64,000 bases of DNA from Naegleria gruberi (lineage: Eukaryota): the NCBI GenBank assembly GCA_000004985.1, contig GG738933.1, one strand, 5' to 3'. The notes beneath the pieces are model-generated. The model did not search any database. It was not told where the DNA came from and saw only the letters and a list, made by a program, of their open reading frames with translations. Positions 53,652 through 64,000 of the stretch are shown here, one piece after another. The translations under genes were made by a program, and so were the position numbers. How positions within the stretch are numbered: position 1 is the first letter of the stretch; every line of letters starts with the position of its first letter.

Positions 53652-55433
53652 ATGTTTAAACGAAAGTTTGGCGTTATTAAAAGTAAAATTTTAAACAGTG
53701 AGGAGTCTCAACCTGCCATCACTGATCAACAAACAAATATTGTCGGAAAACAATCTGGAATAATTTCCAAAATGTTTGGTGGAAATGTTTCGAATAGAAA
53801 CGTTTCGTATAGTAATTGGCATAATATTGAATTAATTATTTTAAATATTTTACAATTTATCGGAGAAGGATTAAGAATTGATGAAATTCTTGACTTTTCT
53901 CAAGTGTGTTCTTGTTGGAGAACAGTTTGCAAATTAGAAACAGTTTCGTTAACATTTTCGAATAGATTTACATACCTTGTTACGAAACCAGTCAAATGTT
54001 ATTCACTGGAGGGCAATTTCCCTAATCTAGAGTTCATTCAATTCTTTTCCAAAGCAGTTATTGAATTAGAAAGAGATGTTTCAATTAAAATTATTGAAAA
54101 GTTTACAAAATGTAAAGAATTAGAAATTAGATTTAATTGGAAACTTGATTGGAATTCAATAGAAAATAGTTTGGAAAGAATCGAGTCGTTGAAACTTGTT
54201 TGTAAATTTTGTGAAACAAATGATTCATGGATGAATCAAGTCACAAGAATTTTTCCAAATTTGAGACATTTGACAGTCAAATATTTATACATGTCGAATA
54301 GATCAGTTGAAGTTCTCATCAATGATTTGTATCCCAAGTTGGAAAGTTGCAAAATTTATATTCATCATCAAAATACCGAATGCCCAATTGAGAAATTATT
54401 AGATTCGAATAGATTATGTGAAAAAATGAAAGATTTCGCTTGTGTGTTTGATGATGGTTCCAAGACGACCTTAAAAATTCCAAATGAGAAGTATTTTCCA
54501 AATCTTGAATGTCTCTCTACTCAAACATCCTCTTCCCCAATTTCATTTCAAAATTTGGTAAAATTGCGAGTTCATTGCATTTCAATTTTGGAAAAGAGTA
54601 ATCTTCCAAATTTGGAAGAATTGGAATTGAGGCCACGATCTCTCCCATTGGATGAAATTATAATTCCAAAATCTATGAATGCACCAAAATTGAAATTTAT
54701 TTACATGAAAACTTTGAATGGTGGCTTGAAGAATTTTGATCAATTTACAAATTTGGAAAAATTAATTATTCACAGTTCATCTTCATTAGGAAAAACTCCA
54801 TTGACCATTCTTGAAAATTTACCAAAACTCAATGATATAAGAATTTATTCATATTTTGGAGGTAATTCATTTTCAAAACTTTCCAAACAAATCAAATTTA
54901 CCAAATTAGTAATTAAACCAAAGTATGGGTATGATGAAAAACCTTATTTGGACATGGAGGATGTGAAATACATTTCAAAATTGGAATCCTTACAATATTT
55001 AGAATTGAATGTAGCGGATCAGGAACAATTTGATATTCTAATCAATGCAAATTTACCAAATTTAACACAACTCAATTTCAATAATCATTTGACAAGTGAA
55101 AATATCATTTCAATTTTACAATCTAAATTTCACAAACTCAAAACGTTGGGGATTACTCAAGCTGATAAGCCAATGATGAAATTATTTAAAAAATATTCAC
55201 TTCCTAATTTGGATACTGTGAAATTTAGAAAGAGAAGAGCTTGTACTCCATTTAAAGCTTTGAAACCATTGTTGAAATCAAATTATATTCGAAACATTAA
55301 GTATTATTGTGGAAAACGAGATTTACTCAAGTTGGAAAAGTTTTGTGAAAGAAATCAGAGAATCAAATTGGAATTGTTTAGTGAGGCAACCTCTGTTTAT
55401 CCAAATTTTATTTGTAAAATTACTAAGATTTAG
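53652..55433 (+). CDS. F-box-like and LRR protein, 593 aa
   Basis: aaaaaATG start. N-terminal IELIILNILQFIGEGLRIDEILDFSQVCSCWRTV is F-box-like; leucine-rich segments follow. Confidence 0.65.
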   Translation: MFKRKFGVIKSKILNSEESQPAITDQQTNIVGKQSGIISKMFGGNVSNRNVSYSNWHNIELIILNILQFIGEGLRIDEILDFSQVCSCWRTVCKLETVSLTFSNRFTYLVTKPVKCYSLEGNFPNLEFIQFFSKAVIELERDVSIKIIEKFTKCKELEIRFNWKLDWNSIENSLERIESLKLVCKFCETNDSWMNQVTRIFPNLRHLTVKYLYMSNRSVEVLINDLYPKLESCKIYIHHQNTECPIEKLLDSNRLCEKMKDFACVFDDGSKTTLKIPNEKYFPNLECLSTQTSSSPISFQNLVKLRVHCISILEKSNLPNLEELELRPRSLPLDEIIIPKSMNAPKLKFIYMKTLNGGLKNFDQFTNLEKLIIHSSSSLGKTPLTILENLPKLNDIRIYSYFGGNSFSKLSKQIKFTKLVIKPKYGYDEKPYLDMEDVKYISKLESLQYLELNVADQEQFDILINANLPNLTQLNFNNHLTSENIISILQSKFHKLKTLGITQADKPMMKLFKKYSLPNLDTVKFRKRRACTPFKALKPLLKSNYIRNIKYYCGKRDLLKLEKFCERNQRIKLELFSEATSVYPNFICKITKI

Positions 55434-55451
55434 TTTACTTTCTATTCGATT

Positions 55452-56593
55452 TTAAATTTCAAATATTTCATTCAGCATTTGATAAACTTGTTCAGTTTTA
55501 AATGCAGATATTACATAATACTTGACAACTCTCCTCTTCACATCCAATTCCAAATACTTTTTCACGATAAACTCAACAATGCTTTCAATACTCGTTTCGT
55601 CTCCTTTAAATTCTGAAACAAATCTCGAAAAGGAAATTCCCTTTTTAATCTTTTCTTCCAATACTTCAAATTTACTGAATATCAAATAGAGTGTATGCTC
55701 TGAAACCAATGGGGATCCATACCATTCCTCAAAATTCGATAATCCTTCATTGAATCTTGGAGTAATGTCATCTTCATAACACAACTCATCAAATTCACTT
55801 AGAGAAATGACGAATCCAATGTGGAGTTTTTGAGAGTAAGTATTATGGAGTCTGTTCCATTTGGAACGTTCGGTACGTTGTCCACCTGTTAGAGTATTCG
55901 AATTGTTGAGTTCATTAAAAATGTCAACTTACCAGTGTCAATAATTGCCTTTTTGTGATTGTTGACATATTTGAAGGGTGAAATTCCAGTTGTTTTGCGA
56001 GAAGCAAAGAAGAAATCATCAAAATTGAGTTGAAAATCATTTTTTAACAATCTTGAAGAGTTTTTCTTGTCAGTAAAATAATTAATACTTTCCAAAAATG
56101 GAATTCTTTGCCTATTCTGGAATAATTCATTTTGAAATCCTTCATCTTGATACATTTGAAATATCAATTTTGCTAATTCATTGTTCCACACACTCTCTGG
56201 AAAAAGAGAATACTCCTGACCAGAGAGTAGTTTCACCCTATTCAAATAATTATTCGAATTTTCCTTTTCCTTAAATTTCATTTCTAATCCTTCAAAATTC
56301 AATAAACAAGATAAAAGCAACGAGTAAATATTTCTATTAAATCGATTAATATTACTTTCAATCCCAGCTCTCTTCAATATCGAAGCTGTCAAAAATCAAG
56401 TTCACCAAATGTGTCAATAATTCAACAACCTACTCTTTCCACACCCACCAGTCCCTATCAATGCCAAAATACAATCCGTTTCAGCAATCACATTCTCAAC
56501 AAGTGGTGATTTCACTTCAGGTTCCTCCACCATTGAAAAAACTTCACTTTCTGAACTTGGAAAGAATTTCAAGAGTTTTGTGAGTTGTTTCAT
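55452..56593 (-). CDS. divergent heterotrimeric G-protein alpha-subunit-like protein. 3 exons (56593..56434, 56385..55933, 55885..55452); introns of 48 nt (GTAGGT..GACAG) and 47 nt (GTAAGT..TAACAG)
   Basis: spliced P-loop ALIGTGGCGKTSILK aligns with G-alpha LLLGAGESGKSTIVK. SRKTTGI aligns with RVKTTGI (switch I). DTGGQRTERSKW aligns with DVGGQRSERKKW (switch II). LIFSKFEVLEEKIKK aligns with LFLNKKDLFEEKIKK. Confidence 0.65.
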
Positions 56594-56812
56594 TTTTTTT
56601 ATTGCATTTTGTTAGGCGGTTAGTGCTGTTGTTGATGTGTAGTGAGAGAGATGAAATTTTTAAGTTTTTTCAGTGAAGATTTTTGTAGTTCAGTTCCATC
56701 ACTGAACAGCAGACCCAAAAAAGGAAAAGTTTGACAAATAAAATGTTCATGTTTAAACAATTGTTTAAATTTATTACAATAATTGATGGTTGTTTAAAAA
56801 TTTATTAATTAT

Positions 56813-57895
56813 CTAATATAGAAAGTTGGGATTGAAGACGCCAGGTAAAAGAGATGAACAGTACATGACCGGAGTTATGTCATGATCTCTTTCGAATAGA
56901 TGATCTTTCCATAGAGAGTGAATATTCTCAACAATTCGTCTAGTTTCTCCATCTTTTTCATTTTCTGGAATAGTTTGCAATCCAATCGAAACACCAAAGT
57001 CTCTGAAACCTAATCTTCTTCTAGTACTCTTAATCGTGCTTTCGAATATCTCTTCAATATTAGAAATGGCAACTTTTCTCATATGATTCGCCCAATCTTC
57101 ATCAGGAAACCAACTGGTCAACCAAAGAGTTTCTCCCAAATCCAGAGGATCCGAACTCTGATACATTAAATACTTTCCCATCACCATTCCCTTCATTTCT
57201 TCAATTTCTCTATTCAAAACACTTCCATCCACATTCTTTCCTTCTTTTAATTGCTGGTTGACCAATTGTAAAAGTCTATAAGTAACATAACCATCATACG
57301 GATCCAAATTTCCTTCAGATCTCACAACTGGTCTCGAGCCATCAATGGAAATCTTCCAGAACATCCTCAATCCACGTGAAGAACTATGATTGATAAACTT
57401 GTTATGCATGGATTGAGCCATTTCAATTGCCCATTCATTGTATTTCACATCTCGAGTGATTAGTGACGTTCTGTTGAGGGCAAACATCCATTTGGTGAGA
57501 TAGTGAAAGTATTGACCATCGCCATCTTCGTCATCTTCATCGGCTTCCTTGCCAATTCGTAAACCTCCCAACAGGGGATGTTCAGCATTGGATTTTCCTT
57601 TCGAATAATTTAGTAGATTAGTTATTAGAAACTGCATGTACTTACCCAAATAATGTTGCAATGAACGATCCTTTCCAAGAACTTGATGCACCTCTTCAAT
57701 AAGTGCCTTAGCTTGTTCCAAATACGAATCTTGACCACTTTCCACATGCAACGAAAGGAAATTACAAACTGCAAACGCATCAGTCCACAAGTATCGAGTT
57801 TGTGTTTCAGATTTCAATGGTTTGGGTTTGTAGTGTGCTCCACTGAAATTGCCATACACTTGTTCCATCACTTCAATGCATTTATCTTTTAACAT
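56813..57895 (-). CDS. hypothetical protein, 360 aa, possibly an (alpha/alpha)-barrel glycosidase-like fold
   Basis: ATG start; clean ORF; W/Y-rich helical repeats (RYLWTDAFAV...); no confident family assignment. Confidence 0.5.
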   Translation of the reverse strand: MLKDKCIEVMEQVYGNFSGAHYKPKPLKSETQTRYLWTDAFAVCNFLSLHVESGQDSYLEQAKALIEEVHQVLGKDRSLQHYLGKYMQFLITNLLNYSKGKSNAEHPLLGGLRIGKEADEDDEDGDGQYFHYLTKWMFALNRTSLITRDVKYNEWAIEMAQSMHNKFINHSSSRGLRMFWKISIDGSRPVVRSEGNLDPYDGYVTYRLLQLVNQQLKEGKNVDGSVLNREIEEMKGMVMGKYLMYQSSDPLDLGETLWLTSWFPDEDWANHMRKVAISNIEEIFESTIKSTRRRLGFRDFGVSIGLQTIPENEKDGETRRIVENIHSLWKDHLFERDHDITPVMYCSSLLPGVFNPNFLY

Positions 57896-58254
57896 TTTTT
57901 TTTTGAGAGTTGTTGTTTTTGATTTTGGAGAATTAGTAGAATTGCTTTAAAAGGAAATTTATAAAATATCAAATTACTTGATTTGGTAGAGTCTACAATT
58001 AGAATGAGAATATCAAAACCCAGTTTGTTTAAGGGTCCCTAGAGAGCGACGCTTATCTTCCTCACTTTAATGAATTTATCAAGTGTTGACAGAATTTCTT
58101 TAAATGTCAGTTATTTTTTTTGACAATTATGGAGAATCTTATGAGCTATGATATTCTTATTATGAAATACATAATATTGCTCATTAAAGAACTTGAGATT
58201 TTTGTAACCAAGTTCACAGTCAACTCAAAAACAAAAATTATCAAAAAAAAAAAA

Positions 58255-59439
58255 ATGCTCAAAATCTACCACCACGATCACGCCAACGATAGATCATCAA
58301 CCAATCACCAAGAACCCTTTCATATTGTAAATACGAACACTTGCAAAACCATTAACATTCCCAATTTTGAGAGAATTAAAAAAGTTGTAATCAATCAGAC
58401 AAGTGTACATGTCCTATCGGAGAGTGGTCAGGTTTATATTTTTAAAGATGGTTTTGATAGTAGTAGTAGCAGTAGTAACATAACAATTCAAGTTCCTTAT
58501 CTTCTCGACACTACAACAAATGGAAAATTATTGATTGAAGATGTTTCGACATTTTCGGAGGGATCAACACTTTATTTGGTTCGTGATGAGATGAATAATA
58601 CATTTCTCTATGGAAGTGGCAGTACGGCCTATGATTGTTTTGGAGGTAATCGTCAGTGTATGAATGAGGATGGTACGGAGAAATTTACTCTCCTTTACAC
58701 TCCTCCGACCGTAAATGGATACAGACATCAAATTACACATATTGCATCATGTTATTCCTTTACAATAATCGTTTTGGATTACTGTGATATTAGAATTTCA
58801 GGTCAGGATTGGGTGAATTCTGTTCACACGGTAATGGGTTGGCATGTAAGCCAGTTTTATTGTGAAAAGAAAATTAAGAAAATTGAATGTGGAAGCTTTC
58901 AATTTTTTGTAATATTTGAAGATGATACTGTAATGTTTTGTGGAGATAATGGAAGTAATCAGATGCCACATACTGAAGGTACCGCACATTTTTCTGTGGA
59001 TTATGAAATGAAAATTTCTGAAGCTTTTGGAGGATACGATTGCTCGGTAGTGAGATTTGCAAACACTACTCCAACTTATGAGAATTACATGTTATATGGA
59101 AGTGCAATGCTGGAATATAAGAATTTGAAACAGTTTTTGAGCTGTTATCCAAAATTTTCTGAATCCAATTCAGACAATGCAAAGATTAGATATATTAAGG
59201 ATATATTCTTTATTGAATTCAATGGCTTATTTTATGCGATAAGCAATAGTCATAATATGAGATTTGTGGTGGATGCTTCAAAAGAATTTGATGGAATTCC
59301 TGGAAACAATTATCAAATTACTGCACATTCAAGTACAGTTGTTTTTTACAAAACATTTTCAGCAGTCATTTATCCCAAGTTAGCTACTTATCTTAGAAAT
59401 CAATCAATACTCACTGATTGCTATTTTCAGTTTGAATGA
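58255..59439 (+). CDS. hypothetical protein (about 394 aa from ATG 58255; the open frame extends back to 58120)
   Basis: a13-ATG start context at 58255; no domain recognised. Confidence 0.45.
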   Translation: MLKIYHHDHANDRSSTNHQEPFHIVNTNTCKTINIPNFERIKKVVINQTSVHVLSESGQVYIFKDGFDSSSSSSNITIQVPYLLDTTTNGKLLIEDVSTFSEGSTLYLVRDEMNNTFLYGSGSTAYDCFGGNRQCMNEDGTEKFTLLYTPPTVNGYRHQITHIASCYSFTIIVLDYCDIRISGQDWVNSVHTVMGWHVSQFYCEKKIKKIECGSFQFFVIFEDDTVMFCGDNGSNQMPHTEGTAHFSVDYEMKISEAFGGYDCSVVRFANTTPTYENYMLYGSAMLEYKNLKQFLSCYPKFSESNSDNAKIRYIKDIFFIEFNGLFYAISNSHNMRFVVDASKEFDGIPGNNYQITAHSSTVVFYKTFSAVIYPKLATYLRNQSILTDCYFQFE

Positions 59440-59705
59440 TTTGTTATGTGAATATTGCAATCATGTCTTTAATTATGAATACTAATGAAACACTCTATTT
59501 CATGTGGAAAAACCCTTTCTTCTTGCAGCATCCAATACCTGTGTAATGGTTTCCACTTTAAGTACATATTTAATTCAATTTTATTAATTAAGTATTTAAT
59601 TGGCAGTTTATGTTAATTGCCATGTAGAATTGTTCAACTCAGCTTTCCAATCATCAGGAGTGAATTGGCTTCCAATTAAACATTGCAATAATTCACCAAA
59701 AAAAA

Positions 59706-60175
59706 TGCAAGCCCTCATTCCTTTCGATAGATCTGCAAAGCAATTTACCAGCGAATTTCCTTCCCAGTTTTCAAGCATTCTCGCTCCAGAGACCTTCGAC
59801 TCACACTTGGAACAAATTAATAAGTGTGCCATAAAACATGTTGGGCCAATTACAATTCAAACAATATCGGTTTCCACCCTCGTGACAATTAATTCTCTCG
59901 CTTTGATGGCTGCTGTTAGTGGTTTTTCTACCTTGAAGAAGTATGATACTTCACAACCAATTTTGGTCGGTTCTCTATTGGCAATAGGTATTTCCTTGCT
60001 TTTAATTGCTCACTCTATTGCTCTCATTTTAATGTCAATTAAATATAAACAAGAATTGAGAAGTGTTTTACAGAGATTATCTCAAGAGTCTGATGTTACT
60101 TATGTATTAGAGAATTCATGGTTTTCCCAAAAGATTAGAATGGAAGGAAATCAATATTCAGCTCATGAAGTTTAG
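59706..60175 (+). CDS. hypothetical small membrane protein (about 156 aa from ATG 59706; the tool start at 59600 is TTG)
   Basis: aaaaaaaATG context. Two hydrophobic segments: TISVSTLVTINSLALMAAVSGF and ILVGSLLAIGISLLLIAHSIALILMSI. Confidence 0.4.
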
Positions 60176-60247
60176 AAACAATAAAATAACAATTAAAAGA
60201 ATATAAAATCAAAAATATAGAATTTCTATAATGTAATATTTAATAAT

Positions 60248-63181
60248 TTACTTAATTTGGTAGAGTCTCCAATCGATTAAAGTACTTGTGTTGATTGAAT
60301 GCCAGATCCACTCAGAAGAAACTACATTGACTTGTGGATTTTCTGAAACAAGTTTGGCAATCTCTGGTGTAATTCTCGATGATGATGTGATAATATGAGT
60401 GATATCATCACTAAATGATGATTCTACAATTCCATCAAATGCAATAATATATCTAGTGTGCATCTTGAGAGCAGGAACATCCTTATGAATGTACATGACC
60501 ATATCAGTGAATAAATCACACAATGAAGTAAGTTCTGGTGGTGCAGTGAGAGAGGAGCTTTCTGCTTTCACTATTGTTGGTTTAACAAGTTGAGCCTTCT
60601 TGGTAGGATAATGATATGGTAATGTATCAACCAAATATCCTTTGGTGGCACATTCAAAGACCCAATATTTGGTAACAATGAGAGATCCAAGATTGAAACA
60701 ATGTTTAAAATCTTCAGTTTCTGATTCACAAATGAGGTGAGTATTTGCATTTCCAATAATGTTCCAATTATTTGTTACACTTCCTCCATTGTTGGTGATA
60801 AACTTGCTAATTGCCTCCTTCTCAGAATTGCTGTAACCAGAAATTAAAGCAACAACATTTCTGAAAAAAGTGTTATTGCTGGAACTATCTTGCTCTTCAA
60901 CTTTGATTGATGTTTGTGAAGATGATTTGGTCATCTTATTTGTTGATGTTGTTGGAGCATTATCATCAGATGTATCCATCTTATGAGATGAATCTGAGGC
61001 AGCAGCCGAGTTATCAGTTGTAGGTCTATTAGCCAACTTATTTTTTGATTCATTAACTCTATCCTTATCATCTCTATCCTTTGTATAGATGAAAACAGCA
61101 AATCCCTTGTTTGAAAGATTTTCCTTCAAAAGTTGTTCAACTCTATTCCAATCCAAACCAGAAATGGCGTGATGCAATCTATATAAATGGAATGTACCAA
61201 TCTTTTTTTGATTCATGTAGGTAGCACATTTCTTTAAACATTCATCCAAAGCATGATAGTCAACTTTTGGTGCAGATCCTTTCTTGACAAATTGAAGACA
61301 TACCATATTACATAAATGATTTGGTAATGCTACAACAATTTGAGCATCACCAATTATGTTCATATCATCAGTGTAAGCCTTCTTAATATCTTCACCATAC
61401 AAGAGTTCAATATTTCCCATTGATCCTTTATCTGACCATCTACTAGAGTCATCTACACAATGTGAAATTAGTTTTTCTTCCTTATTCATTGGCATTTTCA
61501 TAAAATCACCATAAATGTAATAGATTTGTTCTGGAGTAGAAGAGTTATTAATAGTATCAATATCAGATAATTTGATACCAATAGTTGACTTTTTAGCTTT
61601 CTTTGCTTTTGGATCATCATCATCATCAGAATTATCTGAGGATTTTGATTTTTTCTTATCATTAGGCTTTTTAGCTGACTTTTTATCATCCTCATCATCT
61701 TCATCATCTGAGGAATTTATCTTCTTCTTTCTTGAATTTTTCTTTTTCTTTGAGCTTGAATCTGATTCATCATCTTCATCATCAGATTTTGACTTTTTAG
61801 CTCTGGAACGTTTCTTTTTATCTTTTACATCTACACTTTCATCAGAATCATCTCCTGCATCTCCATCTCCAAAAATAGGTACTAAACCTTTTCTATTACT
61901 TTCATTTTTCAATTTGATAATTTCTTGATAATTGGTATGATCTAAAACATCCTTATCATCTCTAATTTTTGTAACTCTAGGGAATCTGACAGAAATTGGT
62001 CTGTCTTTTCTTGAGGAAACTGAAAATTCAGCTCCTTGAATTTCCCAAACAACACTCTTTTTTGGATCTTTAACAATAAAATCAGGTACAAGAGCATTAG
62101 TATGAATATCAATATCATCTGGAACCAATGAAGGATCCTTACTGATTCTTTTCATATTTGATTTCAATTCTTCATTCAATGTTTCAATAGTTTGATCATC
62201 GTGTCCGTTACCACATTTACAAATAATTCTCCACTTTCCTAATTTCTTGTCAAAAGAACCCATCATGAATACAGACATTAAACCACCTTTACTACCTGTA
62301 CCAAGATAAGCTCCTAGAACAACAAGATCTACACTATCTGCCATACCTTTCAAGTAATCTTTTTTCATTTTAAGCCAATGTCTAGCATTAGGTTCATATG
62401 GAGAACATAAATCTTTTAACTAATATGTAAAATTGTTAATAAAAAAATTAATAATAAATTTGAAAATAATACATACCACTAAACCTTCTTCACCCTTCTT
62501 AATCATTGCACTCATTTCAGCAGAAACAATAGCTTCTCTTGTTTGTTTTGAACCCTTTACAACCAAATATTCACCTAACATTACTCTATGTTTGATTGGA
62601 TTTACAATTTTAGTCATTAATGCCTTTCTCTTATATAAAGGAACTGAAAGGAGTGATTTACCATTATAATACAATATATCAAATAAAAATATAGTTGTTA
62701 CAGCATCTTTGTGATCTTGTCTAACATTTTTACCAAGTGTACCAAATGGAAGAATCTTATTTGTCTTTGTATCCATCATTAAAATTTCACCATCTAAAAT
62801 TACAGATTCAACCTTTTCCTTAATAGCTTTAGAAATATACTTTTTTACAGATTTGATCTTATACTCTTGAACATCTTTCAAATTTCTACTAAAATATTTG
62901 ATTTCATCATTTTTTCTATCATAGTGAATTTGAATTCTTTCACCATCATATTTAAGTTCAGAATAAAAACCATTTGGACAACGAGCAATAACATCATCAT
63001 AAGTCTTACTTGGACGAGCAAGCATTGGTTTGACAGGATGGAAAAGTTTCATCTTGGTTGATATTTTAATCTTCTTAGGAGCCTTCTTATTCTTCTTTTT
63101 CTTTTTAGAATCATCCTCTGATTCTTCATCTACAAGTTCATCATCCCATGATGAAGATGTCACCAAAACAGATAAATCCAA
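60248..63181 (-). CDS. ATP-dependent DNA ligase with two C-terminal BRCT domains. Exons ..63181..62477 and 62419..60248 with a 57-nt GTATGT..TATTAG intron. 5' end unresolved; the coding region appears to begin near the adenylation domain
   Basis: motif I ELKYDGERIQIH. Motif III VILDGEIL. FLFDILYYNG. Motif V EEGLV|LK across the intron. Motif VI HWLKMKKDYL. OB-fold region ISVRFPRV. D/E/S/K-rich linker. BRCT1 FFRNVVALISGYS...LICES and BRCT2 RYIIAFDGIV...WIWHSI. Confidence 0.85.
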
Positions 63182-63474
63182 TGTAGGTTGTATTTAAATC
63201 AATTAATTAACTTTTCAAAAGGATGTTCGACATCCAAACAATTTGATTGTGGAAGTATACAAACATGATGATCCTAATGTTTTCAAATTATTGGAAGAAA
63301 ATACGAAGAGAGAGAACAAGCCTTCCTCTACAATTAAAATTGACTGGGATAAATTCAAGTTTGTTCCAAATAATAATTCAATTCCCAAAAATCAAAACAA
63401 GATGAAGAGAAATATTAAATAAATCAAATAATATTAATTCACTGCACTATTGATTTACTCAACCCAACTAAAAA

Positions 63475-64000
63475 ATGACCAGTAAGCAATCCTCCAATCC
63501 GTTGATGAAAGAATACAAGCTCTTTGTAAATGCCAAGGCTAAGAACTTGCTTATAGAAGGTGTCTTGTATTCACTGGATCCATCAGTTCCGATACAGGTT
63601 ACAAAAGTAAGTTTAAAGAGTTTGAAAGTATTAATATGTTGAAGGTTGGTTCCAAGAAGAAGTCTTCTCCAATTGAAAAGAAGGAGGGAAAGTCATCAAG
63701 AGAGAATAGATCAGGTAAGGCATCCTCAAGCAGGAGAAATCAAAAAGAAGAAGAGGAATTATCCATTGAGGAGGAAGATGATGTATTCTCTGAGGAAGAT
63801 GAGATCATTTCAAGCAAATTAGGTAAAGTTTCCAAGAAGAAGCCCTCTTCAGGTAGTAAGGAGGTAAGTTTCATTTTTGAGGGAGCCTCAATTATTGTTT
63901 TTCATTTTTGTGATAAGAGATTGAATGGTATAGGTAAGGTGTCTGAGAAGAAGCCCTCTTCAGGTAGTAAGGAGGTAAGTTTTATTTTTGAGGGAGCCTC
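63475..64000 (+). CDS. 5' part of a K/S/E-rich protein gene running off the window. Exon 1 is 63475..63606, followed by short exons that include tandemly repeated 42-nt mini-exons
   Basis: ATG at 63475 (MTSKQSSNPLMKEYKLFVNAKAKNLLIEGVLYSLDPSVPIQVTK). Donor AAAA|GTAAGT at 63607. Repeated exon GKVS(K/E)KKPSSGSKE followed by a GTAAGTTT..GTATAG intron. Confidence 0.4.
63822..64000 (+). repeat. tandem repeat with a roughly 111-bp unit (42-nt mini-exon plus about 70-nt intron); at least 1.6 copies, truncated by the window end
   Basis: ggtaaagtttccaagaagaagccctcttcaggtagtaaggaggtaagtttcatttttgagggagcctc... recurs at 63933 as ggtaaggtgtctgagaagaagccctcttcaggtagtaaggaggtaagttttatttttgagggagcctc. Confidence 0.7.

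Noticed and set aside
1-64000. Expectation of a prokaryotic-style defence or accessory system (CRISPR, operons, toxin-antitoxin)
   Set aside because: The window is eukaryotic: spliceosomal introns with GTAAGT donors, A-rich Kozak contexts, a cloverleaf tRNA, a LINE-like retroelement, and no Shine-Dalgarno spacing, CRISPR repeats or operon-like overlapping co-directional CDSs.

Overview
This 64-kb window is AT-rich, gene-dense eukaryotic nuclear DNA. It is not prokaryotic. Many genes carry short spliceosomal introns of about 40-160 nt with GTAAGT/GTATGT donors and AG acceptors. Start codons sit in A-rich contexts (aaaaATG). Intergenic DNA is about 75% A+T, and coding regions are full of CAA/AAT/CAT codon runs giving poly-Q/N/H tracts. 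There are no Shine-Dalgarno-type operons, CRISPR arrays or rRNA genes. The gene repertoire points to a compact-genome protist or early-diverging fungus, most plausibly a dictyostelid-like amoebozoan, but the species cannot be fixed from sequence alone. That repertoire includes a hisactophilin/fascin-like beta-trefoil protein, an ABCG half-transporter, U-box/ankyrin, F-box/LRR and RCC1/BTB proteins, a Gal4-type Zn2Cys6 cluster and N/Q-rich low-complexity proteins. I count about 35 protein-coding genes, one tRNA-Phe(GAA), and one apparently intact non-LTR retrotransposon (ORF1 plus APE-RT-RNaseH ORF2) flanked by a perfect 17-bp direct repeat. Several tandem repeats are also present. The provided ORF track uses alternative start codons (TTG/GTG shown as M) and ignores splicing. 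I therefore re-derived several exon-intron structures and ATG starts by hand; those boundaries are approximate. Worth a second look: a locus where two paralogous secreted solute-binding-protein-like genes in inverted orientation flank an ABCG half-transporter whose catalytic motifs are degenerate; an F-box protein carrying a Pol-beta-type nucleotidyltransferase-like motif; a DNA ligase with tandem C-terminal BRCT domains but apparently no N-terminal DNA-binding domain; and a divergent G-alpha-like protein.
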